From contig NIVC01001184.1 of NCBI GenBank assembly GCA_002269645.1, forward strand, positions 62,001-126,000: a stretch of DNA of 64,000 nt. The letters run 5' to 3'. Shown in pieces: positions 23,790-36,732 of the stretch. This DNA is from Macrostomum lignano (taxonomy: Eukaryota). Position 1 is the stretch's first letter; each line of letters begins with the position of its first letter. The notes below the pieces were generated by a model. It saw only the letters and a program-made list of their open reading frames with translations, was not told where the DNA came from and made no database searches. A program made the position numbers and the translations under genes.

Positions 23790-26600
23790 GCATGAAGTCG
23801 ACAGACAGGTGGCTGATAGAGAATATATAGGCAGGCCGTTGATAAAGACATAGATGGGCGGCTGATAGAGATAGAGATAGAGCTGATAGAGATAAGAAAG
23901 CTGATAAAGAGGAGAAAGGCAGGCGACTGATAGAGACGAGACAGAAAGGCGGCTGATAGACAGGAGATAGACAGGCCGCTGATAGAGAGGAGACAGACAG
24001 GCCGCTGATAGAGAGGAGACAGACAGGCGACTGATAGAGACGAGACAGAAAGGCGGCTGATAGAGAGGAGACAGACAGGCGACTGATAGAGACGAGACAG
24101 AAAGGCGGCTGATAGAGAGGAGACAGACAGGCCGCTGATAGAGAGGAGACAGACAGGCCGCTGATAGAGAGGAGACAGACAGGCCGCTGATAGAGAGGAG
24201 ACAGACAGGCCGCTGATAGAGAGGAGACAGACAGGCCGCTGATAGAGAGGAGACAGACAGGCGACTGATAGAGACGAGACAGAAAGGCGGCTGATAGAGA
24301 GGAGACAGACAGGCGACTGATAGAGACGAGACAGAAAGGCGGCTGATAGAGAGGAGATAGACAGGCCGCTGATAGAGAGGAGACAGACAGGCCGCTGATA
24401 GAGAGGAGACAGACAGGCCGCTGATAGAGAGGAGACAGACAGGCCGCTGATAGAGAGGAGATAGACAGGCCGCTGATAGAGAGGAGACAGACAGGCAGCT
24501 GATAGAGAGGAGACAGACAGGCATGGTTGATGGAGAGGAGACAGACAGGCCGCTGATAGAGAGGAGACAGACAGGCATGGTTGATGGAGAGGAGACAGAC
24601 AGGCCGCTGATAGAGAGGAGACAGACAGGCATGGTTGATGGAGAGGAGATAGACAGGCAGCTGATAGAGAGGAGATAGACAGGCAGCTGATAGAGAGGAG
24701 ATAGACAGGCCGCTGATAGAGAGGAGACAGACAGGCAGCTGATAGAGAGGAGATAGACAGGCAGCTGATAGAGAGGAGACAGGCAGGCGGCTGATAGAGA
24801 GGAGACGGGCGGGTGATAGAGAGGAGACGGGCGGCTGATAGAGAGGAGACGGGCGGCTGATAGAGAGGAGACGGGTGGCTGATAGAGGGGAGACGGGCGG
24901 CTGATAGAGTGGAGATAGACAGAAAGCTGATAAAGAGGAGACAGGCAGGCGGCTGATAGAGAGGAGACAAGCCGCTGATAGAGACAGAGAGGAGATAGAC
25001 AAGCGGCTGATAGAGAGGAGACGGGCGGCTGATAGAGAGGAGACAGGCCGCTGATAGAGAGGAGACAGACAGGCCGCTGATAGAGAGGAGACAGACAGGC
25101 CGCTGATAGAGAGGAGACAGACAGGCCGCTGATAGAGAGGAGACAGACAGGCGACTGATAGAGACGAGACAGAAAGGCGGCTGATAGAGAGGAGACAGAC
25201 AGGCGACTGATAGAGACGAGACAGAAAGGCGGCTGATAGAGAGGAGATAGACAGGCCGCTGATAGAGAGGAGACAGGCAGGCCGCTGATAGAGAGGAGAC
25301 AGACAGGCCGCTGATAGAGAGGAGACAGACAGGCCGCTGATAGAGAGGAGATAGACAGGCCGCTGATAGAGAGGAGACAGACAGGCAGCTGATAGAGAGG
25401 AGATAGACAGGCCGCTGATAGAGAGGAGACAGACAGGCAGCTGATAGAGAGGAGATAGACAGGCAGCTGATAGAAAGGAGATAGACAAGCGGCTGATAGA
25501 GAGGAGACGGGCGGCTGATAGAGAGGAGACGGGTGGCTGATAGAGAGGAGACGGGCGGCTGATAGAGAGGAGACGGGTGGCTGATAGAGAGGAGACGGGC
25601 GGCTGATAGAATGGAGATAGACAGAAAGCTGATAAAGAGGAGACAGGCAGGCGGCTGATAGAGAAGAGACAAGCCGCTGATAGAGAGGAGATAGACAGGC
25701 CGCTGATAGAGAGGAGACAGACAGGCAGCTGATAGAGAGGAGACAGACAGGCCGCTGATAGAGAGGAGATAGACAGGCCGCTGATAGAGAGGAGATAGAC
25801 AGGCGGCTGATAGAGAGGAGACAGACAGGCCGCTGATAGAGAGGAGATAGACAAGCGGCTGATAGAGAGGAGACGGGCGGCTGATAGAGAGGAGACAGAC
25901 AGGCGGCTGATAGAGAGGAGACAGACAGGCGGCTGATAGAGAGGAGATAGACAAGCGGCTGATAGAGAGGAGACGGGCGGCTGATAGAGAGGAGACAGGC
26001 CGCTGATAGAGAGGAGACGGGCGGCTGATAGAGAGGAGACGGGCGGCTGATAGAGGGGAGACGGGCGGCTGATAGAGTGGAGATAGACAGAAAGCTGATA
26101 AAGAGGAGACAGGCAGGCGGCTGATAGAGAGGAGACAAGCCGCTGATAGAGAGGAGATAGACAAGCGGCTGATAGAGAGGAGACGGGCGGCTGATAGAGA
26201 GGAGACAGAAAGCTGATAGAGAGGAGACAGACAGGCCGCTGATAGAGAGGAGATAGACAAGCGGCTGATAGAGAGGAGACGGGCGGCTGATAGAGAGGAG
26301 ACGGGCGGCTGATAGAGAGGAGACAGACAGGCAGCTTATAGAGAGGAGATAGACAAGCGGCTGATAGAGAGGAGACGGGCGGCTGATAGAGAGGAGACGG
26401 GCGGCTGATAGAGAGGAGACAGGCAGCTTATAGAGAGGAGATAGACAAGCGGCTGATAGAGAGGAGACGGGCGGCTGATAGAGAGGAGACAGGCAGCTGA
26501 TAGAGAGGAGACGGGCGGCTGATAGAGAGGAGACGGGCGGCTGATAGAGAGGAGACGGGCGGCTGATAGAGAGTAGACGGGCGGCTGATGGAGAGATAGA
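23790..26600. repeat. 22/26-bp purine-rich minisatellite (gctgatagagaggagacagacaggcc / gctgatagagaggagacgggcg)
   Basis: More than 100 tandem units with blockwise variants. Confidence 0.95.
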
Positions 26601-27149
26601 GAGGCCGTTAACGTAGACTATGAATACAAAGTCAATAATTAGAAGCAAAATTTTTAAGCGTTTCGCGAAGGCAGCAGTAATCCGGATGTCCGATCTCGAA
26701 ACGATGTTGCAGATGTCAGTTGATATTGATGAGCCTTGAAAATCAAATGTCTAACGTAGCTAGGGCCAATTGGTTTTTAACCTGATTCAAATATTTTAAA
26801 CGCATGAATGGACGTTGGAAAGTTGATTGGTGCCGCAGGAAAGCAAACAGAAACAGCCAATCCTCATGACTGCGCAAGGAATTCGGCTAACCAATGACAG
26901 CACGAGGAAAACTGGTCATGTCTGCGTAGGCCAAATTTTCTCCTCGTCGTTCAGTTTTTGAAATCTGGATGCAAGAACTTTAGATGGGAATTATCCATCT
27001 CTCACTCTGGCCACATCTATATGTAGCGCTTTTTTATTTACAGTTGGAATCCCAAATTCTGGATCAGCCAAAGGATTTTTTATGCTTAAATCTGCTGACA
27101 CTGGGACTAGAATAAGCCAGCGGATCCTTTCTCCCTATCCACTCCTTTT

Positions 27150-28340
27150 CCATCCGCCCCTTCCTCTGCATCCGCCCTTCCTCTGCATCTGCCCTTCCTC
27201 TGCATCCGCCCTTCCTCTGCATCTGCCCTTCCTCTGCATCCGCCCCTTCCTCTACACCCGCCCTTCCTCTGCATCTGCCCTTCCTCTGATTCCATCCCTT
27301 CCTCTGCATCTGCCCTTCCTCTGCATGCATCCCTTCCTCTGCATCCGCCCTTCCTCTGCATGCATCCCTTCCTCTGCATCCGCCCCTTCCTCTACACCCG
27401 CCCTTCCTCTGCATCCGCCCTTCCTCTGCATCCGCCCTTCCTCTGCATCCGCCCTTCCTCTGCATCCGCCCCTTCCTCTGCATCCGCCCCTTCCTCTACA
27501 CCCGCCCTTCCTCTGCATCTGCCCTTCCTCTGATTCCATCCCTTCCTCTGCATCCGCCCTTCCTCTGCATGCATCCCTTCCTCTGCATCTGCCCCTTCCT
27601 CTGCATCCGCCCTTCCTCTGCATCCGCCCTTCCTCTGCATGCATCCCTTCCTCTGCATCTGCCCCTTCCTCTACACCCGCCCTTCCTCTGCATCCGCCCT
27701 TCCTCTGCATCCGCCCCTTCCTCTGCATCCGCCCTTCCTCTGCATCTGCCCCTTCCTCTACACCCGCCCTTCCTCTGCATCCGCCCTTCCTCTGCATCCG
27801 CCCTTCCTCTGCATCCGCCCCTTCCTCTGCATCCGCCCCTTCCTCTGCATCCGCCCCTTCCTCTGCATCCGCCCTTCCTCTGATTCCATCCCTTCCTCTG
27901 ATTCCATCCCTTCCTCTGCATCCGCCCCTTCCTCTGCATCCGCCCTTCCTCTGATTCCATCCCTTCCTCTGATTCCATCCCTTCCTCTTCATCCATCCCT
28001 TCCTCTGCATCCGCCCCTTCCTCTGCATCCGCCCTTCCTCTGCATCCGCCCCTTCCTCTGCATCCGCCCTTCCTCTGCATCTGCCCCTTCCTCTACACCC
28101 GCCCTTCCTCTGCATCCGCCCTTCCTCTGCATCCGCCCCTTCCTCTGCATCCGCCCTTCCTCTGCATCTGCCCCTTCCTCTACACCCGCCCTTCCTCTGC
28201 ATCCGCCCTTCCTCTGCATCCGCCCCTTCCTCTGCATCTGCCCTTCCTCTGATTCCATCCCTTCCTCTTCATCCATCCCTTCCTCTGCATCTGCCCCTTC
28301 CTCTGCATCCGCCCTTCCTCTGCATCCGCCTCTTCCTCTC
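27150..28340. repeat. 17/18-bp pyrimidine-rich minisatellite (ttcctctgcatccgccc[c])n
   Basis: Tandem units read directly. Confidence 0.95.
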
Positions 28341-29124
28341 CATCTGCTTTTTTCTTTCCATCTGCTCCTTCTAAAAATAAATATCAAAATTGAGCAACAG
28401 GAGTATGAACGGGATGCTGCATGCAAAGCATGGATTTATCTCTCTCGCTTCATTGCGGTCGCTATTTAGGCCATATCATTTATTTACTTCGTGGAAAGGG
28501 CGTGAAGTTATGACATAATGCTTCTGGCGCTTCGTTAGGCCCATCATGTCTAAAATGTGCGCGAATTGGTTCCAGGCTCACCACGAAGTGCGAAAACAAA
28601 CCGAATTTTCCAAAACAGTCGATAGTCAGAGATAAGGATAGGTGGATCATGCCGCCTATTGCCTCAGAAAAGGCCCAGGGTCTGGGATTCTAGACAATAG
28701 ACCAATACTTGACTATTGTGTGCGAAAAATCGTGCTTAGAATTTGAGCCTAATCCTACGGACTTAAAATGTGCGAATTTAAATTCGGTTCCCAGTAAAAA
28801 TGAATTAATAGACACAGCCCTTATCGCAAACCGTCTGTCACCCAATTTTTCGCACCTACGAGTAAAAAGTAACTCGAAAATCGGCTCAATTCGCACACGT
28901 TGTCTATGTTTTGGCACGGGTGTGAAGATGGAATTGCCCAAGGCAGCTTCGGCCACTCATCAATTCGTAAAAGGACTGAAAGATTTCATACTTTTTGTTT
29001 GCGTAAAAGTTTGCCTACTTTTTGTGGGGCCCTCTTAGGTAAGATTTTAGATAAGCTAAGGTCAAAGTGATTAGATTGGACCCAAAAGCACCTTTGAGTA
29101 TATAAAAGCTATAGCTAGCTAGTC

Positions 29125-31212
29125 TCTTCATCAAACCGGCTGATTCCTTCTCTAACTGTCTCTGTGTATCCCAGCACCTGAGTCTATCATGAATTCAGAA
29201 TGAGCTGAGTTTGGCCTAGCTCAGCATTTTCACTCAAACACACAGAGGACTTGAGAGCCGCTATAATCTTCATCAAACCGGCTGATTCCTTCTCTAACTG
29301 TCTCTGTGTATCCCAGCACCTGAGTCTATCATGAATTCAGAATGAGCTGAGTTTGGCCTAGCTCAGCATTTTCCTCAAACACACAGAGGACTTGAGAGCC
29401 GCTATAATCTTCATCAAACCGGCTGATTCCTTCTCTAACTGTCTCTGTGTATCCCAGCACCTGAGTCTATCATGAATTCAGAATGAGCTGAGTTTGGCCT
29501 AGCTCAGCATTTTCACTCAAACACAGAGAGGACTTGAGAGCCGCTATAATCTTCATCAAACCGGCTGATTCCTTCTCTAACTGTCTCTGTGTATCCCAGC
29601 ACCTGAGTCTATCATGAATTCAGAATGAGCTGAGTTTGGCCTAGCTCAGCATTTTCACTCAAACACAGAGAGGACTTGAGAGCCGCTATAATCTTCATCA
29701 AACCGGCTGATTCCTTCTCTAACTGTCTCTGTGTATCCCAGCACCTGAGTCTATCATGAATTCAGAATGAGCTGAGTTTGGCCTAGCTCAGCATTTTCAC
29801 TCAAACACAGAGAGGACTTGAGAGCCGCTATAATCTTCATCAAACCGGCTGATTCCTTCTCTAACTGTCTCTGTGTATCCCAGCACCTGAGTCCATCATG
29901 AATTCAGAATGAGCTGAGTTTGGCCTAGCTCAGCATTTTCACTCAAACACAGAGAGGACTTGAGAGCCGCTATAATCTTCATCAAACCGGCTGATTCCTT
30001 CTCTAACTGTCTCTGTGTATCCCAGCACCTGAGTCCATCATGAATTCAGAATGAGCTGAGTTTGGCCTAGCTCAGCATTTTCACTCAAACACAGAGAGGA
30101 CTTGAGAGCCGCTATAATCTTCATCAAACCGGCTGATTCCTTCTCTAACTGTATCTGTGTATCCCAGCACCTGAGTCTATCATGAATTCAGAATGAGCTG
30201 AGTTTGGCCTAGCTCAGCATTTTCACTCAAACACAGAGAGGACTTGAGAGCCGCTATAATCTTCATCAAACCGGCTGATTCCTTCTCTAACTGTCTCTGT
30301 GTATCCCAGCACCTGAGTCTATCATGAATTCAGAATGAGCTGAGTTTGGCCTAGCTCAGCATTTTCACTCAAACACAGAGAGGACTTGAGAGCCGCTATA
30401 ATCTTCATCAAACCGGCTGATTCCTTCTCTAACTGTCTCTGTGTATCCCAGCACCTGAGTCTATCATGAATTCAGAATGAGCTGAGTTTGGCCTAGCTCA
30501 GCATTTTCACTCAAACACAGAGGACTTGAGAGCCGCTATAATCTTCATCAAACCGGCTGATTCCTTCTCTAACTGTCTCTGTGTATCCCAGCACCTGAGT
30601 CTATCATGAATTCAGAATGAGCTGAGTTTGGCCTAGCTCAGCATTTTCACTCAAACACAGAGAGGACTTGAGAGCCGCTATAATCTTCATCAAACCGGCT
30701 GATTCCTTCTCTAACTGTCTCTGTGTATCCCAGCACCTGAGTCTATCATGAATTCAGAATGAGCTGAGTTTGGCCTAGCTCAGCATTTTCACTCAAACAC
30801 AGAGAGGACTTGAGAGCCACTATAATCTTCATCAAACCGGCTGATTCCTTCTCTAACTGTCTCTGTGTATCCCAGCACCTGAGTCTATCATGAATTCAGA
30901 ATGAGCTGAGTTTGGCCTAGCTCAGCATTTTCACTCAAACACAGAGAGGACTTGAGAGCCGCTATAATCTTCATCAAACCGGCTGATTCCTTCTCTAACT
31001 GTCTCTGTGTATCCCAGCACCTGAGTCTATCATGAATTCAGAATGAGCTGAGTTTGGCCTAGCTCAGCATTTTCACTCAAACACAGAGGACTTGAGAGCC
31101 GCTATAATCTTCATCAAACCGGCTGATTCCTTCTCTAACTGTCTCTGTGTATCCCAGCACCTGAGTCTATCATGAATTCAGAATGAGCTGAGTTTGGCCT
31201 AGCTCAGCATTT
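29125..31212. repeat. 142-bp satellite, ~14.7 near-identical copies
   Basis: Unit starts (tcttcatcaaacc) at 29125, 29267, 29408, 29550 ... 30968, 31108. Each unit has an EcoRI site and a gctgag...ctcagc hairpin. Confidence 0.96.
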
Positions 31213-31563
31213 TAACTTTAAAATACAGAAACCATTTCGCTCTTTCGCTCTTTCGCGTAATTGACCAGAACAACCAATTAGGGCTAATTACGGTAGTTAG
31301 TAATTGATAGCCATAAATCTAGGATGAGTTCTCGGAGAAAATTAGGAGTTTAGGTACAAATTAGAGTTTATTAAGTTATGTAGATATGTATCTTCAATTA
31401 CTAATCTTTAAACAAGGTGTTTTAGGCCTATACGAGTACTATAGGCCTACGTTTTGCTTTAGGCCCTAGTGACTGAAATTTCCGATAGGCCAAATGTATA
31501 TTTTCTTTCGATATGCCCATTAATGTTGGTTCTATTTAGTGGCGGTGCAGCCTTGGCGGTGCG

Positions 31564-31810
31564 CAGTGGCGGCGATGCTGATTAAGGTAAATTCTGTGGA
31601 TTAAGGGGGAGGGGCGGTGGTTGGGTTTTCAAACCCCTCCCTCAGCGAATTTTTAAAATTAGAGTATACGCTATAATCTCACAAAAACGCATACAACGAG
31701 CGCTAAAAAACTAATGGTGGGTCACCCCACGGAAGGATGGTAGGGTGGTCTTAGGAGGGTGGTCACCCGGGGCAGCAGCCCTCTCTGCCCCCAACTTGGC
31801 GCCGCCACTG
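31564..31810. mobile_element. MITE with CAGTGGCGGCG terminal inverted repeats
   Basis: Perfect 11-bp TIR cagtggcggcg and cgccgccactg. A decayed extra end, tagtggcggtgc, lies at ~31538. Confidence 0.6.
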
Positions 31811-32255
31811 GTTGTATTGATGAGGCCTAGGCCGACGTACGCGCAATGGTCCTAGTTCTGCGCAAAAATAAGGATATGGAGCCTGGCTGTGGCATGTGAA
31901 TGTGAGAATTCGCGTTAGTCATCCAAGAGTAAAAATTCGCGGTCTGGTTCCTATTGGCTGGTTTGAAATCCCACAGCTCAAGTAGGCTGACTCTTACATT
32001 GGTAGGCCTAGTATTTCCTCACTACAGGCCAGCTTTAAAACTAGGCATAGGCTAGCTCTAAGAAGGCTAGGCCCTGAGTATTTATCCAAGTCTTGTTATC
32101 ATTTAGGCCATTTTGGAAATATATCTAGCTGTAGTAAAGCTCTTGAGTAACGCCTATCAATTGACAACCAGCTTTTAAGGTAAAGTACATTAAACTTTTA
32201 CAATAATATCAAACCTATTTTCCATTCAATTTTCAAAAAACAGGCTTACAGGGAG

Positions 32256-35200
32256 TCTGTCTATCAATCTACTTGGATCAAGGGTGCCTCTCTAACTGCT
32301 TCTGTCTATCAATCTACTTGGATCAAGGGCGCCTCTCTAACTGCTTCTGTCTATCAATCTACTTGGATCAAGGGTGCCTCTCTAACTGCTTCTGTCTATC
32401 AATCTACTTGGATCAAGGGTGCCTCTCTAACTGCTTCTGTCTATCAATCTACTTGGATCAAGGGCGCCTCTCTAACTGCTTCTGTCTATCAATCTACTTG
32501 GATCAAGGGTGCCTCTCTAACTGCTTCTGTCTATCAATCTACTTGGATCAAGGGCGCCTCTCTAACTGCTTCTGTCTATCAATCTACTTGGATCAAGGGC
32601 GCCTCTCTAACTGCTTCTGTCCATCAATCTACATGTATGAAGGGCGCCTCTCTAACTGCATCTGTCCATCAATCTACATGTATGAAGGGCGCCTCTCTAA
32701 CTGCTTCTGTCTATCAATCTACTTGGATCAAGGGCGCCTCTCTAACTGCTTCTGTCTATCAATCTACTTGGATCAAGGGCGCCTCTCTAACTGCCTCTGT
32801 CTATCAATCTACTTGGATCAAGGGCGCCTCTCTAACTGCTTCTGTCCATCAATCTACATGTATGAAGGGCGCCTCTCTAACTGCGAATTCTGTCCATCAA
32901 TCTACTTGTATGAAGGGCGCCTCTCTAACTGCTTCTGTCTATCAATCTACTTGGATCAAGGGCGCCTCTCTAACTGCTTCTGTCTATCAATCTACTTGGA
33001 TCAAGGGCGCCTCTCTAACTGCTTCTGTCCATCAATCTACATGTATGAAGGGCGCCTCTCTAACTGCTTCTGTCTATCAATCTACTTGGATCAAGGGCGC
33101 CTCTCTAACTGCTTCTGTCTATCAATCTACTTGGATCAAGGGCGCCTCTCTAACTGCTTCTGTCCATCAATCTACATGTATGAAGGGCGCCTCTCTAACT
33201 GCGAATTCTGTCCATCAATCTACTTGTATGAAGGGCGCCTCTCTAACTGCTTCTGTCTATCAATCTACTTGGATCAAGGGCGCCTCTCTAACTGCTTCTG
33301 TCTATCAATCTACTTGGATCAAGGGCGCCTCTCTAACTGCTTCTGTCTATCAATCTACATGTATGAAGGGCGCCTCTCTAACTGCTTCTGTCCATCAATC
33401 TACATGTATGAAGGGCGCCTCTCTAACTGCTTCTGTCCATCAATCTACATGTATGAATGGCGCCTCTCTAACTGCTTCTGTCCATCAATCTACATGTATG
33501 AAGGGTGCCTCTCTAACTGCTTCTGTCCATCAATCTACATGTATGAAGGGCGCCTCTCTAACTGCTTCTGTCTATCAATCTACTTGGATCAAGGGCGCCT
33601 CTCTAACTGCTTCTGTCCATCAATCTACATGTATGAAGGGCGCCTCTCTAACTGCTTCTGTCCATCAATCTACATGTATGAAGGGCGCCTCTCTAACTGC
33701 TTCTGTCTATCAATCTACTTGGATCAAGGGCGCCTCTCTAACTGCTTCTGTCTATCAATCTACTTGGATCAAGGGCGCCTCTCTAACTGCTTCTGTCCAT
33801 CAATCTACATGTATGAAAGGCGCCTCTCTAACTGCTTCTGTCCATCAATCTACATGTATGAAGGGCGCCTCTCTAACTGCTTCTGTCCATCAATCTACAT
33901 GTATGAAGGGCGCCTCTCTAACTGCTTCTGTCCATCAATCTACATGTATGAAGGGCGCCTCTCTAACTGCTTCTGTCTATCAATCTACTTGGATCAAGGG
34001 CGCCTCTCTAACTGCTTCTGTCTATCAATCTACTTGGATCAAGGGCGCCTCTCTAACTGCTTCTGTCCATCAATCTACATGTATGAAGGGCGCCTCTCTA
34101 ACTGCGAATTCTGTCCATCAATCTACTTGTATGAAGGGCGCCTCTCTAACTGCTTCTGTCTATCAATCTACTTGGATCAAGGGCGCCTCTCTAACTGCTT
34201 CTGTCTATCAATCTACATGTATGAAGGGCGCCTCTCTAACTGCTTCTGTCCATCAATCTACATGTATGAAGGGCGCCTCTCTAACTGCTTCTGTCCATCA
34301 ATCTACATGTATGAAGGGCGCCTCTCTAACTGCTTCTGTCCATCAATCTACATGTATGAAAGGCGCCTCTCTAACTGCTTCTGTCCATCAATCTACATGT
34401 ATGAAGGGCGCCTCTCTAACTGCTTCTGTCCATCAATCTACATGTATGAAGGGCGCCTCTCTAACTGCTTCTGTCCATCAATCTACATGTATGAAGGGCG
34501 CCTCTCTAACTGCTTCTGTCTATCAATCTACTTGGATCAAGGGCGCCTCTCTAACTGCTTCTGTCTATCAATCTACTTGGATCAAGGGCGCCTCTCTAAC
34601 TGCTTCTGTCTATCAATCTACTTGGATCAAGGGCGCCTCTCTAACTGCTTCTGTCCATCAATCTACATGTATGAAGGGCGCCTCTCTAACTGCATCTGTC
34701 CATCAATCTACATGTATGAAGGGCGCCTCTCTAACTGCTTCTGTCTATCAATCTACTTGGATCAAGGGCGCCTCTCTAACTGCTTCTGTCTATCAATCTA
34801 CTTGGATCAAGGGCGCCTCTCTAACTGCTTCTGTCTATCAATCTACTTGGATCAAGGGCGCCTCTCTAACTGCTTCTGTCCATCAATCTACATGTATGAA
34901 GGGCGCCTCTCTAACTGCGAATTCTGTCCATCAATCTACTTGTATGAAGGGCGCCTCTCTAACTGCTTCTGTCTATCAATCTACATGTATGAATGGCGCC
35001 TCTCTAACTGCTTCTGTCTATCAATCTACTTGGATCAAGGGCGCTCTCTAACTGCTTCTGTCCATCCATCTACATGTATGAAGGGCGCCTCTCTAACTGC
35101 TTCTGTCTATCAATCTACTTGGATCAAGGGCGCCTCTCTAACTGCTTCTGTCTATCAATCTACTTGGATCAAGGGCGCCTCTCTAACTGCTTCTGTCCAT

Positions 35201-36732
35201 CAATCTACATGTATGAAGGGCGCCTCTCTAACTGCTTCTGTCTATCAATCTACATGTATGAAGGGCGCCTCTCTAACTGCGAATTCTGTCCATCAATCTA
35301 CATGTATGAAGGGCGCCTCTCTAACTGCTTCTGTCTATCAATCTACATGTATGAAGGGCGCCTCTCTAACTGCTTCTGTCCATCAATCTACATGTATGAA
35401 GGGCGCCTCTCTAACTGCTTCTGTCTATCAATCTACTTGGATCAAGGGCGCCTCTCTAACTGCTTCCGTCCATCAATCTACATGTATGAAGGGCGCCTCT
35501 CTAACTGCTTCCGTCCATCAATCTACATGTATGAAGGGCGCCTCTCTAACTGCTTCTGTCCATCAATCTACTTGTATGAAGGGCGCCTCTCTAACTGCTT
35601 CTGTCCTGCATCAATCTACATGTATGAAGGGCGCCTCTCTAACTGCTTCTGTCCATCAATCTACATGTATGAAGGGCGCCTCTCTAACGCGAATTCTGTC
35701 CATCAATCTACATGTATGAATGGCGCCTCTCTAACTGCGAATTCTGTCCATCAATCTACTTGTATGAAGGGCGCCTCTCTAACTGCTTCTGTCTATCAAT
35801 CTACATGTATGAATGGCGCCTCTCTAACTGCTTCTGTCTATCAATCTACATGTATGAAGGGCGCCTCTCTAACTGCTTCTGTCTATCAATCTACATGTAT
35901 GAAGGGCGCCTCTCTAACTGCTTCTGTCCATCAATCTACATGTATGAAGGGCGCCTCTCTAACTGCTTCTGTCCATCAATCTACATGTATGAATGGCGCC
36001 TCTCTAACTGCGAATTCTGTCCATCAATCTACTTGTATGAAGGGCGCCTCTCTAACTGCGAATTCTTTCCATCAATCTACATGTATGAAGGGCGCCTCTC
36101 TAACTGCTTCTGTCTATCAATCTACTTGTATGAAGGGCGCCTCTCTAACTGTTTCTGTCTATCAATCTACATGTATGAAGGGCGCCTCTCTAACTGCTTC
36201 TGTCTATCAATCTACATGTATGAAGGGCGCCTCTCTAACTGCTTCTGTCCATCAATCTACATGTATGAATGGCGCCTCTCTAACTGCGAATTCTGTCCAT
36301 CAATCTACATGTATGAAGGGCGCCTCTCTAACTGCTTCTGTCTATCAATCTACATGTATGAAGGGCGCCTCTCTAACTGCTTCTGTCTATCAATCTACAT
36401 GTATGAAGGGCGCCTCTCTAACTGCTTCTGTCTATCAATCTACATGTATGAAGGGCGCCTCTCTAACTGCTTCTGTCTATCAATCTACATGTATGAATGG
36501 CGCCTCTCTAACTGCTTCTGTCTATCAATCTACTTGGATCAAGGGCGCTCTCTAACTGCTTCTGTCCATCAATCTACATGTATGAAGGGCGCCTCTCTAA
36601 CTGTTTCTGTCCATCAATCTACATGTATGAAGGGCGCCTCTCTAACTGCTTCTGTCCATCAATCTACATGTATGAAGGGCGCCTCTCTAACTGCTTCTGT
36701 CCATCAATCTACATGTATTAAGGGCGCCTCTC
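32256..36732. repeat. 45/48-bp satellite, ~99 units, with higher-order structure
   Basis: Unit ctgcttctgt(c/t)..atcaatctac(ttggatc/atgtatg)aagggcgcctctctaa, with a 48-bp variant containing gcgaattc. Confidence 0.96.

Noticed and set aside
23711-26648. 849, 711 and 967 aa ORFs
   Set aside because: All three minus frames are open only because of the low-complexity minisatellite. Unit lengths of 22 and 26 bp shift frame constantly and there is no codon-level constraint.
27064-28469. Overlapping repetitive ORFs (GCRGR, EEGAD, PLPLH)
   Set aside because: These are translations of the 17/18-bp minisatellite in all frames.
29125-31212. Possible CRISPR array, tRNA/SL-RNA repeat or hammerhead retrozyme
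   Set aside because: No unique spacers. The tagctcag A-box-like word has no B box. No CUGAUGA...GAAA core or Sm-site/SL layout was found on either strand by eye.
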